This document shows positions 23,862 through 32,000 of a DNA stretch of 32,000 bases, one piece after another. Numbering within the stretch: position 1 is the stretch's first letter; every line of letters begins with the position of its first letter. This DNA comes from Candidatus Lokiarchaeum ossiferum (GTDB lineage: Archaea > Asgardarchaeota > Lokiarchaeia > Sigyniarchaeales > Promethearchaeaceae): the NCBI GenBank assembly GCA_025839675.1, contig CP104013.1, positions 3,600,001-3,632,000 on the forward strand, read 5' to 3'. The notes beneath the pieces were generated by a model. That model worked only from the letters and a program-made list of their open reading frames with translations, made no database searches and had not been told where the DNA came from. Made by a program: the position numbers and the translations under genes.

Positions 23862-25379
23862 ATGAATCAGAAAAAATTCATACATAGCAAAAGCCCTTTC
23901 AACAAAATTCTATCCATTGCTCAGAAACCAGAAATTTCCCTTTCTCTCCGACAACTCCGTCAAATCGGATTGGAGTCCATAGTTTGTGCTTTGGAAGCCG
24001 TACTTCCTCAAAACTTGATCGAATCCTATGTATCTATATCCGATGATTATCTTCAAATTGGTTCTGAAAAAATTTTTGTTACATCCTTTAAGAAAATTCT
24101 GATTTTGGGAGGGGGAAAAGCCTCTGGAGGTATGTGTCAAGCCTTACTTGCTATTCTCCAAGATCGTTTTGAAATTTCTGGACTGATAAATATACCATAT
24201 GGACAAAATATTCCTGATCTGCTTGTGTCTCCCCAAAAAAAAGCAAAAGTTAATATCAATTTTTGTGCCCATCCTATTCCCGATGAATCAGGCTTAAATG
24301 GTGTGCAAGAAATGCTCTCTAAATTACGTAATTCGTCTCATGATACTCTTGTAATTACTTTAATTTCCGGGGGCGGGAGTGCACTTATGCCTTATCCTGC
24401 CCAAGGCATCTCGTTAGATGAAATTAAAAGTGTAAATCGTTTGTTACTCAAATGTGGGGCTTCAATTCAAGAAATTAATTGTATTCGAAAACATATATCG
24501 AATTTCAAAGGTGGACAACTTGCTCGCGTAGCTGCCCCTCGTAGGATATATAGTTTAATTATTTCTGATGTAGTTGGGAATGACTTACAAACCATTGCTT
24601 CGGGACCCACAGTACCTGATCAAAGTACATTTCATATGGCTAAACAAATCAGTGAAAAATATCAGATTTTCTCTAAATTTCCTCTTTCTGTTCAACAGAG
24701 AATCGATCATGGTACAGAGGGATGTATTCCAGAAACTCCTAAGCCTGGAGCGGATATCTTCTCGTCTGCAAAATCTTTTATTATTGGGAGTGCTGAGACC
24801 TCGGCTAATCGAGTGTGTCGATATTTAATAGACCATCAAATTATTCCTCATATATTTTCTCATAATTTGCAAGGAGAAGCACAATTGTATGGTCAGAATT
24901 TGATTTCACTCATTGAAAGTTATAAAAATGAAGAAAGAACAACGGCATTAATTGGAACTGGAGAATTTACAGTCAAAATTCATGGAAATGGGGTGGGAGG
25001 ACGTAACCAAGAAATGTTATTGGGATTTTTATCCTATGTTTCCAAAAATTCTGATAATGTTCTCGGTGATATTGAGTTTGTTATCATAGCCGGTGCCTTT
25101 GATGGAATTGAAGGCAATTCTTCTGCGATGGGTGCAATCATCGATTCAGAATCACTCCAACGAATGAATGCTCTTGGATTAGATCCCAAGTTATATCTGC
25201 AAAACAATGATTCTTATCACTTTTTCCAACATTTGGGAGATAATCTGATTACTGGGCAGACAGGCACAAATGTCAATGATATGGTTCTTATCTTAATTAA
25301 AAGAAAAGAGCTTAAAACTTCTGCCTTAACCCAATTAGTTCAAAATAAGGCTCCAGACCATCCTACGACACAAGTTTGA
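23862..25379 (+). CDS. Glycerate 2-kinase / hydroxypyruvate reductase family (DUF4147 + MOFRL)
   Basis: Family blocks present are LGGGKASGGM, LISGGGSALM, FKGGQLA, ISDVVGNDLQTIASGPT, GGRNQE and AGAFDGIEGNS. Confidence 0.85.
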   Translation: MNQKKFIHSKSPFNKILSIAQKPEISLSLRQLRQIGLESIVCALEAVLPQNLIESYVSISDDYLQIGSEKIFVTSFKKILILGGGKASGGMCQALLAILQDRFEISGLINIPYGQNIPDLLVSPQKKAKVNINFCAHPIPDESGLNGVQEMLSKLRNSSHDTLVITLISGGGSALMPYPAQGISLDEIKSVNRLLLKCGASIQEINCIRKHISNFKGGQLARVAAPRRIYSLIISDVVGNDLQTIASGPTVPDQSTFHMAKQISEKYQIFSKFPLSVQQRIDHGTEGCIPETPKPGADIFSSAKSFIIGSAETSANRVCRYLIDHQIIPHIFSHNLQGEAQLYGQNLISLIESYKNEERTTALIGTGEFTVKIHGNGVGGRNQEMLLGFLSYVSKNSDNVLGDIEFVIIAGAFDGIEGNSSAMGAIIDSESLQRMNALGLDPKLYLQNNDSYHFFQHLGDNLITGQTGTNVNDMVLILIKRKELKTSALTQLVQNKAPDHPTTQV

Positions 25380-25457
25380 TATTCAAGAAGATTTTTTTCT
25401 GATCCAAATCTATTCTTTAAGAAACCATTTTTTCCTTCAATCCAATTCCAATTTTTT

Positions 25458-26369
25458 GTGAAAACTAATCTCTTTTTTATTAAATCTAAAATTATATATA
25501 GTATGCACCTAAACGTATACAATGCAAAAGTGGATGAAAATCAATCATTCTTGATTAATCTTCACACTTATTTCACCGATCGCATGAATCATACCGATAG
25601 ATTCTTGCATATCCTATCTGATTATAAATCTTCCCTTCTTCCAACCTTTATAGAGAAGTTTCAAATCAACTTGAAATCGTTGATCAATCCAGATTATCTC
25701 CCAAAATCTATCGAAAATATTGATCTTTCGTTTAATGCCAATTCTATTTTAGAACATCAAGAAGAATTAATTTATACTCTGGAGAAAGCGATGTTTTCCT
25801 TCATGCATTTTCGCGAATATGAAGGAAGCTTTACTGATGCTACTTCTGTTTCTCTCAAATTCGATCACCATTATCGCGGAATCTTCTTAGGCGAATATTA
25901 CATGGCTCAAACATTATGTGAACTAATTCCCCGTCCCGAAGCGCTTGAATTGATAAAACGATATACTCGGGGATACTATGTGGAACCTGATTTCTCTCCA
26001 AAGCATGAGGCATCGCTAGAAGACCATGCTCAAAATAGTATTCGGGGATCTGCTTTAACTCACCAAGCTCTGTATCATTGTGATAATAAACGGCTGTTTT
26101 TCAAAGTAGAACGCTGTCTATATGGTGAAGTGATCCAAGATCTCCCTGATAATGAATTAAAATATTATCTAGAGTGTTACGGTGATTATTTCAATCATGT
26201 GCAAAAAAATGAAAATTTCGTGCTAACCCGGACGAAAACGATCATGAAAGGAGATGATTGTTGCGATTTCTGCTATCATGATAAGCGTTATATTGAAGAA
26301 ATATTTCACCCTTCGGACTCGGAATGGCAGCAGAAAGAACGAGAAGTAAAACATATTTCGAAAGACTAA
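25458..26369 (+). CDS. Hypothetical protein with C-terminal Cys cluster (KGDDCCDFCYH); start uncertain (GTG 25458 or ATG 25503)
   Basis: It is a clean ORF with no overlap. The C-terminal G-x-x-C-C-D-F motif is faintly reminiscent of ATC-hydrolase-like families, but I cannot support that assignment. Confidence 0.55.
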   Translation: MKTNLFFIKSKIIYSMHLNVYNAKVDENQSFLINLHTYFTDRMNHTDRFLHILSDYKSSLLPTFIEKFQINLKSLINPDYLPKSIENIDLSFNANSILEHQEELIYTLEKAMFSFMHFREYEGSFTDATSVSLKFDHHYRGIFLGEYYMAQTLCELIPRPEALELIKRYTRGYYVEPDFSPKHEASLEDHAQNSIRGSALTHQALYHCDNKRLFFKVERCLYGEVIQDLPDNELKYYLECYGDYFNHVQKNENFVLTRTKTIMKGDDCCDFCYHDKRYIEEIFHPSDSEWQQKEREVKHISKD

Positions 26370-26504
26370 CTCCATTGTTCACAGAAAAAGTTAACTACCA
26401 CTATTTCAGAGAATAAAAGGACTCACTATTGCAAGATTAAATTATTGAAAAGATAAATTGAAAAATAAAAAAAAATCTCGGTTGAAGATTTGGAATCTTT
26501 AGAA

Positions 26505-26882
26505 TTATTCTAAAGAAGTTCCACAGGAAGCACAGAATTTGCTGCTTTCATCATGAGCAACCCCACACATTGGACAGAACGTTCCAGTAGTAGGTGATTG
26601 AACATGTGAACTGATATGAATTGGCTGAGATGGTGTCATTTCAATGTTATATCTAGAGGATTTCTTAAAATTGCTGTATTCAATAGTGCATCTGATTGCT
26701 TGAATAAATAACACAATTTTTGGAATGACTGCCCAGAATGGGTCATATGGAAAGATGATACTTAGAACAATGGAGACAATTAAGAAACTGACCCATGCAT
26801 CTAACATCTTTTTTCGTTCACGGTCGAGAGTTCGGGGTTGGTCGGCGGTTGGTTGAGACATTTGAGTTGGAGTTTGAGACAT
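26505..26882 (-). CDS. Small membrane protein with two TM helices and C-terminal zinc ribbon
   Basis: TM segments are WVSFLIVSIVLSIIF and FWAVIPKIVLFIQAI. The C-terminus is CPMCGVAHDESSKFCASCG (CxxC-x10-CxxC). Confidence 0.6.
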   Translation of the reverse strand: MSQTPTQMSQPTADQPRTLDRERKKMLDAWVSFLIVSIVLSIIFPYDPFWAVIPKIVLFIQAIRCTIEYSNFKKSSRYNIEMTPSQPIHISSHVQSPTTGTFCPMCGVAHDESSKFCASCGTSLE

Positions 26883-27001
26883 TATTTTATGTTCCTAAGT
26901 ATATTAGGGAAGGTGAGGTATCTCAACTTTCTAGAGACCATTTTTTATCGAAATTTATTTAAATATAAAAATAGAGAAAAAAGAGATTTCAAGATTTTCA
27001 C

Positions 27002-28495
27002 CTAGTAATTGAAGATTTTTTGATATTTTTCATCCAAATAATCAATGAAATACTTCGCATTGGGTTTTTCACCGGTGACATGTTCCACTAAATCAGCTGG
27101 ATAATAGAGCGATCCCATTTTTTGGACTTTGGTATCTAACCATGTGAGAATTTCTTTAGTATTTCCGACTTTCAATTGGGATTCCCATTCGGGCACATCT
27201 TTCTTCATTTGATTATAGAAAGAACCATCATATACATTTCCCAAGGCATAATCTGGGAAATATCCGAACATTCCGCCGTACCAATGCGTATCTTGCATAA
27301 CTCCTTCAGCATCACTATCTACCTTCAATCCGAAGAATTCTTCAATCTTATTATTCCACACTTGGGGAAGTTCTGCGATGGTACATTGATCATTAAACAA
27401 CATTTTTTCAATTTCAAACCGCATGATCACATGTAAACTATAAGTAACTTCATCGGCATAAATACGAACTTTAGTGGCTTGCACACCGTTCACTGCTTTA
27501 ACAAAATTACTAAGGGAAATATCCTTGAATACAGGAGCGATTTCTTGGATCTTGGGTAATAAATATCCTAAAAATTCCGGATTTCGCCCAATGATGTTTT
27601 CTGCAAATCGACTTTGGGATTCATGTACCCCCAATCCAACAGAACGCCCAATTGCGGTATAGCGATGTTCGTCAGGTAAATTTAATTCATAAAGAGCATG
27701 ACCACCCTCATGAATGACTGAATACATGCAACCGATTGGATCACCCTCAAGATAGTGTGTGGTGATTCGGACATCATCATATGCACCTATAGTAAATGGG
27801 TGAGCAACTTTATCTAGACGCGATTTATCTGGGGTTAAGCCGAGAAGATCCATTAAAAGTTTTGATATTTGTTCTTGTTGAGGGATAGGTGTTTTTAATC
27901 TTATAATAGCGGGATCCGGAATATCTGCAGCGCTAAGACATTTTTTCATGACCCGAATGGAACCTTCCTTTAATACTGAAAAGTATTCACTCACCATTGC
28001 TTCCGTCATATTGGGTTCGTACATATCCAAAAGGTTATTGTAAGGACTCTTCGATTCATCTAACTTTGCCCCATATTCTTTTCTGAGTTCAAACAATTTC
28101 TCTAAATCTGGTTGCACCAGTTTAAAATCATTTTTTTCTCGGGCTGTTCGCCAGAGGTGCTCTGTTTTGGCCGATTGTTCGGTAACTTTTTGCACTAAAT
28201 TCGTTGGAATTTTAGTTTCGCGATCATATTCTTTTTGCCACAAAGCTAAATTTCTTTGTTGAATGGGGGTAATATCTGCCATTTGGCTGCTATCTTTTAG
28301 TAGTTGACCAACCACAGGATCAGTGGACCATTGATGGATCAATTTAGAAAGCAACGCTAGCTGTTGTGATCGTTGATCTATACCTTTTTCGGGCATATAA
28401 CAATAATTATCCCAGGCTAAAATACCTTGAGCTTGACCCAAAAGGGTTGCTTCTTTCATTTTGAGACAAAGGGTTTCATAAGGTGTTTTTGTCAT
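27002..28495 (-). CDS. Carboxypeptidase Taq-type metallopeptidase (family M32)
   Basis: HEGGHALYE (HExxH), HESQSRFAEN, DDVRITT, HPF, GVMQDTHW and GYFPDYALGN are all M32 hallmarks. Confidence 0.9.
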   Translation of the reverse strand: MTKTPYETLCLKMKEATLLGQAQGILAWDNYCYMPEKGIDQRSQQLALLSKLIHQWSTDPVVGQLLKDSSQMADITPIQQRNLALWQKEYDRETKIPTNLVQKVTEQSAKTEHLWRTAREKNDFKLVQPDLEKLFELRKEYGAKLDESKSPYNNLLDMYEPNMTEAMVSEYFSVLKEGSIRVMKKCLSAADIPDPAIIRLKTPIPQQEQISKLLMDLLGLTPDKSRLDKVAHPFTIGAYDDVRITTHYLEGDPIGCMYSVIHEGGHALYELNLPDEHRYTAIGRSVGLGVHESQSRFAENIIGRNPEFLGYLLPKIQEIAPVFKDISLSNFVKAVNGVQATKVRIYADEVTYSLHVIMRFEIEKMLFNDQCTIAELPQVWNNKIEEFFGLKVDSDAEGVMQDTHWYGGMFGYFPDYALGNVYDGSFYNQMKKDVPEWESQLKVGNTKEILTWLDTKVQKMGSLYYPADLVEHVTGEKPNAKYFIDYLDEKYQKIFNY

Positions 28496-28756
28496 TGTAT
28501 TTATGTTAAAGATAGAAAAATTAAAAAAGTCGAGGATTTCAAATTAACATTTTCCATTTACTAGGGGGTAACACGATGACGAGGTTTATTCAGCATGATC
28601 ATTCCCACGTTGATTTGAAATCATGGTCTATCAACTTTAAAGCCAGTTTGTGTATATTTTCTGATAAATTTGATAGATTGGATCCTCATCCCCGAAAAGT
28701 TCCTTCATCCCTTGGATGAATTCTGTGGGAGTCAGTTTTTCGGCAATGGCATCTCA

Positions 28757-29125
28757 TCAGCACATTGGATCGGGTGTTAAGATCAGATTTGCATTATTGG
28801 GAAGACTAAATCTCCAATCTGTATCCACTGGGAGTGCTTTTAAGTCAGGAAAAGGTGTTCGTGCCTCAATTCCAACATCACTATAGAATTGCTTCTTTAT
28901 TGGATTCCAAAGCATTTGGAGCAATGATTTGACTTTTTTGTCTTGAAAATCCATGGTGTGGGGTTTTCCATCATCCTTCGTTTTTTCATGGAATTCCTGA
29001 TCTAATGTGGCGATGATGTCTATTATGTGGGCTTCATTTCGCAAAGACATTACTCTAGGCATTTTAACCACCCTTCGGAATGTGTGCAAGCTGATTGTAA
29101 CATTGACATCTTTCATGGCTATCAT
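28757..29125 (-). CDS. Hypothetical protein (122 aa); ends in tandem TGA TGA
   Basis: It is an ORF only. The residue pattern is loosely beta-grasp/MoaD-like (VNVTISLHTF...IIDIIATLDQEF...ANLILTPDPMC) but there is no C-terminal GG, so I do not call it. Confidence 0.5.
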   Translation of the reverse strand: MIAMKDVNVTISLHTFRRVVKMPRVMSLRNEAHIIDIIATLDQEFHEKTKDDGKPHTMDFQDKKVKSLLQMLWNPIKKQFYSDVGIEARTPFPDLKALPVDTDWRFSLPNNANLILTPDPMC

Positions 29126-29268
29126 ATTTATTAGCCTCGATTTGAATTTATGATTTGTGAAAAATTAGCATCTTTCCATTATTCCATCCACTAATCTATA
29201 AAAGAAACTTTTTTTATGTAGAAAAAAAGCATGCAAATTTATTTTGTTAAAGGAATTTATTTATTTCT

Positions 29269-29751
29269 ATGGCAAAGAAATCTCCTGATAACTTGATGTT
29301 TAAAGAAATTACAAAAAAAAATCTCTGGGCAGTCTTGAAACTGAATGTCGCTGAAGAACAAAAGAAAAATGTGGCGCCCAATTCAGTCTCAATCGCCGAA
29401 GCTCATTTTTCAGATTATGCCTGGATGCGCGCTATTTATGTCGGTGAAACTCCGGTGGGGTTTGTTATGTTAGCAGACCCCGTTTCAGGGGAAGAAGGGG
29501 AAGATGAAAAATATAATGGTCGTTACTTTCTATGGAGATATATGATTGCAAAAGAACATCAAGGAAAAGGATATGGGAAAAAAGGGTTAGATCTGTTATG
29601 TAATTATGTTCGTTCCCGACCAAATGCCGAGTATTTATATTCCAGTTATGAACCAGGAGAACATGGTCCAAAAATGTTCTATTTAAAATATGGGTTTGAA
29701 GAAACGGGTGAAAAAATTGATCATGAAATTGAAATTCGTATGAAATTATAA
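29269..29751 (+). CDS. GNAT-family N-acetyltransferase
   Basis: The acetyl-CoA motif A is present in the context YMIAKEHQGKGYGKKGLDLLCNYV (Q/RxxGxG), and the C-terminal FYLKYGFEETG is typical of the family. Confidence 0.85.
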   Translation: MAKKSPDNLMFKEITKKNLWAVLKLNVAEEQKKNVAPNSVSIAEAHFSDYAWMRAIYVGETPVGFVMLADPVSGEEGEDEKYNGRYFLWRYMIAKEHQGKGYGKKGLDLLCNYVRSRPNAEYLYSSYEPGEHGPKMFYLKYGFEETGEKIDHEIEIRMKL

Positions 29752-29946
29752 TCTTTTGTTGAAATACTAATCACATTGAGAATACTTTCTATCGCTCAGA
29801 TTTCAATTCTCAACAATTTTTTCTTACATTGGCTGTAAATCTATACAATAATGTTTTGTGTTTAATGATCGTGGCTTAAATCGTTTAATAAAAGTTAATT
29901 ATCTCGTTTTCACTAAGATTTCTTTTTTGTCGTATGACAAAACCTA

Positions 29947-29954
29947 TTTAAATA
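29947..29954 (+). promoter_or_regulatory. TATA-box-like TTTAAATA 33 nt upstream of the ATG at 29987
   Basis: Identification is by sequence pattern and spacing only. It supports the internal ATG rather than the upstream GTG of the track ORF as the real start of the RHH gene. Confidence 0.3.
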
Positions 29955-29986
29955 AACTTTTAATATTACAAGTACTTAAGTTAATT

Positions 29987-30625
29987 ATGGCAGATTCGCG
30001 GATTGAAAACAATAAAAAAGATTATGCGAGAAAAGAAATTACAATTTCAGTTCGCTTCGAAGGTCAAGATGCAGATGTAATTAATGAATGCACTGAACTG
30101 TTTGGAATAAGTCGATCTGAACTTATAAGGAAAGCTGCCTCATCTTATATCGATTTACGTGTTTCGAATCCAAAATATCCTAATCCAAAATTATTCTTCT
30201 CTCATAATATGATGCTTATTCTTATGGAAACCGCTCCAGATGAAACACTTAAAAAACTTGCTAAACAATCCTATGAAAATGGTATCAGAGATTATGAATT
30301 CTTCCAATTATTGGGTCGAAATCACTCTCTTGAAGTTTTACCAGAACCAGATCCTGAGGATGAAGTGCGTTCTCTAGTTCAAAATGTCTTCTCAGAAAGG
30401 GGTCAAAATTGGTTTCAGAAAGTTCATTTTTCCCAGAAAAAAGATACAATCATCATTGCTGGAAGACATATCATGGGAGAACGTTTCTCCGTTTTTATTC
30501 GATTTCTACTCGAGTATTACATGGAAGATATTAATTATCATTATGAATCAGGAATGATTCGTAATTCTAAATCTAATAGAAAGACCTCTACATTACGCTT
30601 TATATATAAACGGAATGAGGTTTAA
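29987..30625 (+). CDS. Ribbon-helix-helix (CopG/MetJ/Arc-type) DNA-binding protein with ~150-aa C-terminal domain
   Basis: KEITISVRFEGQDADVINECTELFGISRSELIRKAASSYI fits strand-helix-turn-helix of RHH. The track ORF starts at GTG 29858, but its first 43 codons are low-complexity and contain the TATA-like box, so I place the start at ATG 29987. Confidence 0.65.
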   Translation: MADSRIENNKKDYARKEITISVRFEGQDADVINECTELFGISRSELIRKAASSYIDLRVSNPKYPNPKLFFSHNMMLILMETAPDETLKKLAKQSYENGIRDYEFFQLLGRNHSLEVLPEPDPEDEVRSLVQNVFSERGQNWFQKVHFSQKKDTIIIAGRHIMGERFSVFIRFLLEYYMEDINYHYESGMIRNSKSNRKTSTLRFIYKRNEV

Positions 30626-30711
30626 AAATTTGGATTCTTTTCTCTTTCTTTTTTGAAAATTTGGGTCGTCAATATTTTTAGCCCAATTGAGCTAGTGTTA
30701 TATGAGAAAAT

Positions 30712-31845
30712 ATGATTCTTGAGCAAATACATTTAGGCACTTTTGAAGGGATTACTCAATTAATCGCCGTTATTCCGTTAATTTTTATTCTTGGATTTTT
30801 CAGTTACTTTACCTATCAAGCGATTAAGACCCGTTTTCGTATGTATTATCATCTGATGTTATTATTTTTCTTTTCGACTACAAATCTTGTTTTTAGCTTC
30901 CTTCTCCTGGGAAGAACTTTTGGATTTATTCCTGAGAATGAATTAATCTTTTCGGATTCAATTGTCATAATTATTTCCCAAATTTTTGATCTTTTCGCCC
31001 TATTGGATGTCCTTGTATTATTATTGATTTTTGAACAATCGAAAAATACTTTAAAGACGCTTCTTCCCCTTGTTATCATACTTGCCATGATTTTAGGTGC
31101 TTTGTTCAGCAATCATGAGTCATTTTCTACTGGATCTGGAATAATTTTGCAAGGTTTTACATTAATTTCAATATTGATCCTAATTTTTTCAGTTTTAGCT
31201 TCCATGGTTATAGGAAAAATATTTTTATCTTCCTTTCGTATGATCGAAAGTGGAAAACAGCGCCATTTATTTTTAAATATGATCATAGGAATTAGCCTTT
31301 CTCAATTGTTTGGAGGTGTTCTTCCTTTTACTTTGGAAGTCTTCAGCGAAGATTCAGTCGGTAGAGTGTCGGGGATTTTCTCTTTCATAAAAATTTTTGG
31401 ATTAATGTCAGTGGGATATGCTTTTCTTCGAGTTTCAAAAAATCCATGGTTGATGGAACGTCAAAAGAATCATTTCTTGCTAATATATTCCACTTCAGGA
31501 CTTCTATTATTTTCAAAATCATTTCGCAAAGATATAACGCAAGATAATATGTCTCTTTTTTCAGGTGCTTTTTCAGCGATTACCATTATGTTGAAAGAAA
31601 CGACCAAAATTGATGAGTCCATAAAAATGATTCAGTATGAAAATAAAGAAATGCATGTTGTCACTAAGGAGCATTTTATATGTGTTTTAATGCAAGATTA
31701 CTCCACTCAAGCTTCTCAGAATGCATTGAAAGAATTTGTAAACGATTTTGAAACTAAATTTGCAGAAAATCTTTCAAATTTTACAGGAAATATCACTCCT
31801 TTTTCAGAATCTAAGATAATTGCCGAGAAATATTTTACCTATTAA
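30712..31845 (+). CDS. Seven-TM membrane protein with cytoplasmic C-terminal longin-like (sigma-adaptin/SNARE-like fold) domain
   Basis: There are seven hydrophobic helices in residues ~15-250. The C-terminal HFLLIYSTSGLLLFSKSF / LFSGAFSAITIMLKE / IKMIQYENKEMHVVTKEHFICVLMQD / SQNALKEFVNDFETKFAENL parallels the beta-beta-alpha-beta-beta-beta-alpha order and residue pattern of longin/sigma-adaptin domains. The assignment was made by eye. Confidence 0.7.
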   Translation: MILEQIHLGTFEGITQLIAVIPLIFILGFFSYFTYQAIKTRFRMYYHLMLLFFFSTTNLVFSFLLLGRTFGFIPENELIFSDSIVIIISQIFDLFALLDVLVLLLIFEQSKNTLKTLLPLVIILAMILGALFSNHESFSTGSGIILQGFTLISILILIFSVLASMVIGKIFLSSFRMIESGKQRHLFLNMIIGISLSQLFGGVLPFTLEVFSEDSVGRVSGIFSFIKIFGLMSVGYAFLRVSKNPWLMERQKNHFLLIYSTSGLLLFSKSFRKDITQDNMSLFSGAFSAITIMLKETTKIDESIKMIQYENKEMHVVTKEHFICVLMQDYSTQASQNALKEFVNDFETKFAENLSNFTGNITPFSESKIIAEKYFTY

Positions 31846-31954
31846 GTTGATTCAATCCTTTTCTTTATAATTTTTTCATTTATCAGATTAACTCAATATA
31901 AAAATGAATTTTGTCTGTGATTAAATCTCTATTTTATGAAAATTGAAAAAAAAA

Positions 31955-31995
31955 TCCAAGTCAAAATATTAGTGGTGCAATGATCTTGACTTGGA
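31955..31995. other. 10-bp perfect inverted repeat TCCAAGTCAA ... TTGACTTGGA with 21-nt spacer, near window end
   Basis: Read directly (31955-31964 and 31986-31995). It is preceded by an A8 run. Its function is unknown, and it could be a terminator, an operator or part of a feature cut by the window edge. Confidence 0.3.
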
Positions 31996-32000
31996 ATAGA

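Noticed and set aside
28715-28765. C/D-box sRNA-like elements on the minus strand (TGATGA ... CTGA) around the tandem stop codons
   Set aside because: The spacing between the C-like and D-like boxes is 18 nt, which does not fit. No C'/D' pair or terminal stem was found. The TGATGA is simply the double stop codon.
29858-29986. N-terminal 43 codons of the track ORF 29858..30625
   Set aside because: It has a GTG start and a low-complexity product, and it contains the TATA-like box. The RHH domain begins right after the ATG at 29987, which I use as the start.
993-31112. Short track ORFs nested inside or antisense to longer, motif-supported genes: 993-1175, 2184-2366, 2647-2928, 3731-3979, 3959-4195, 5054-5239, 5252-5455, 7187-7462, 7305-7517, 8498-8743, 10369-10572, 11287-11529, 13937-14158, 14103-14315, 14549-14839, 19375-19566, 19428-19613, 19456-19668, 23910-24140, 24574-24828, 25340-25522, 27176-27436, 27474-27662, 29465-29671, 30849-31112
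   Set aside because: All overlap a longer ORF that has clear family motifs or better coding character. Their products are low-complexity or compositionally odd. They are typical shadow ORFs.
1-32000. Scan for CRISPR arrays, tRNA/rRNA genes, IS elements/transposases, integrases and prophage genes
   Set aside because: No regularly spaced direct repeats were seen, no cloverleaf-like GC-rich segments, and no DDE, tyrosine or serine recombinase motifs in any ORF. The only repeats seen are the short ones listed as features.

Overview
AT-rich (by eye about two-thirds A+T), densely coding, archaeal-looking chromosomal segment. I support about 30 protein genes. I found no rRNA, tRNA, CRISPR array, transposase or integrase. 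Ordinary metabolic genes are a TPP-enzyme fragment, a 2-hydroxyacid dehydrogenase, a nucleoside 2-deoxyribosyltransferase, an MBL-fold hydrolase, a glycerate 2-kinase, an M32 carboxypeptidase and a GNAT. Between them sit signalling proteins with unusual, partly eukaryote-like domain architectures: (1) a vWA protein with two C4HC3 (PHD/RING-variant-like) zinc modules, head-to-head with an Arf-like small GTPase fused to a roadblock/LC7-like domain; (2) a transducer-like protein with an MCP signalling hairpin N-terminal to a family-5 solute-binding domain and no TM segments; (3) a two-gene operon of a MoxR/AAA_5-type ATPase with a long acidic-then-basic tail plus a 675-aa TraB/ChaN/DUF5682-like protein; (4) a TPR protein and a 7TM protein that each end in a longin-like module, the latter downstream of a ribbon-helix-helix gene; (5) two tandem, unannotated microprotein genes (39 and 42 codons, 23/39 identical by hand alignment), one broken by a homopolymer frameshift, inside a 1.2-kb stretch that otherwise has no supported coding sequence. 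Other items are a decayed aminopeptidase-P gene relic, an orphan gamma-class N6-adenine DNA methyltransferase with tandem direct repeats in its promoter, and several small palindromes. The GTPase/roadblock/longin/RING-like content suggests an Asgard (Loki-type) archaeon, but this is inference from sequence reading only. All domain calls come from motif recognition by eye, and no searches were run.
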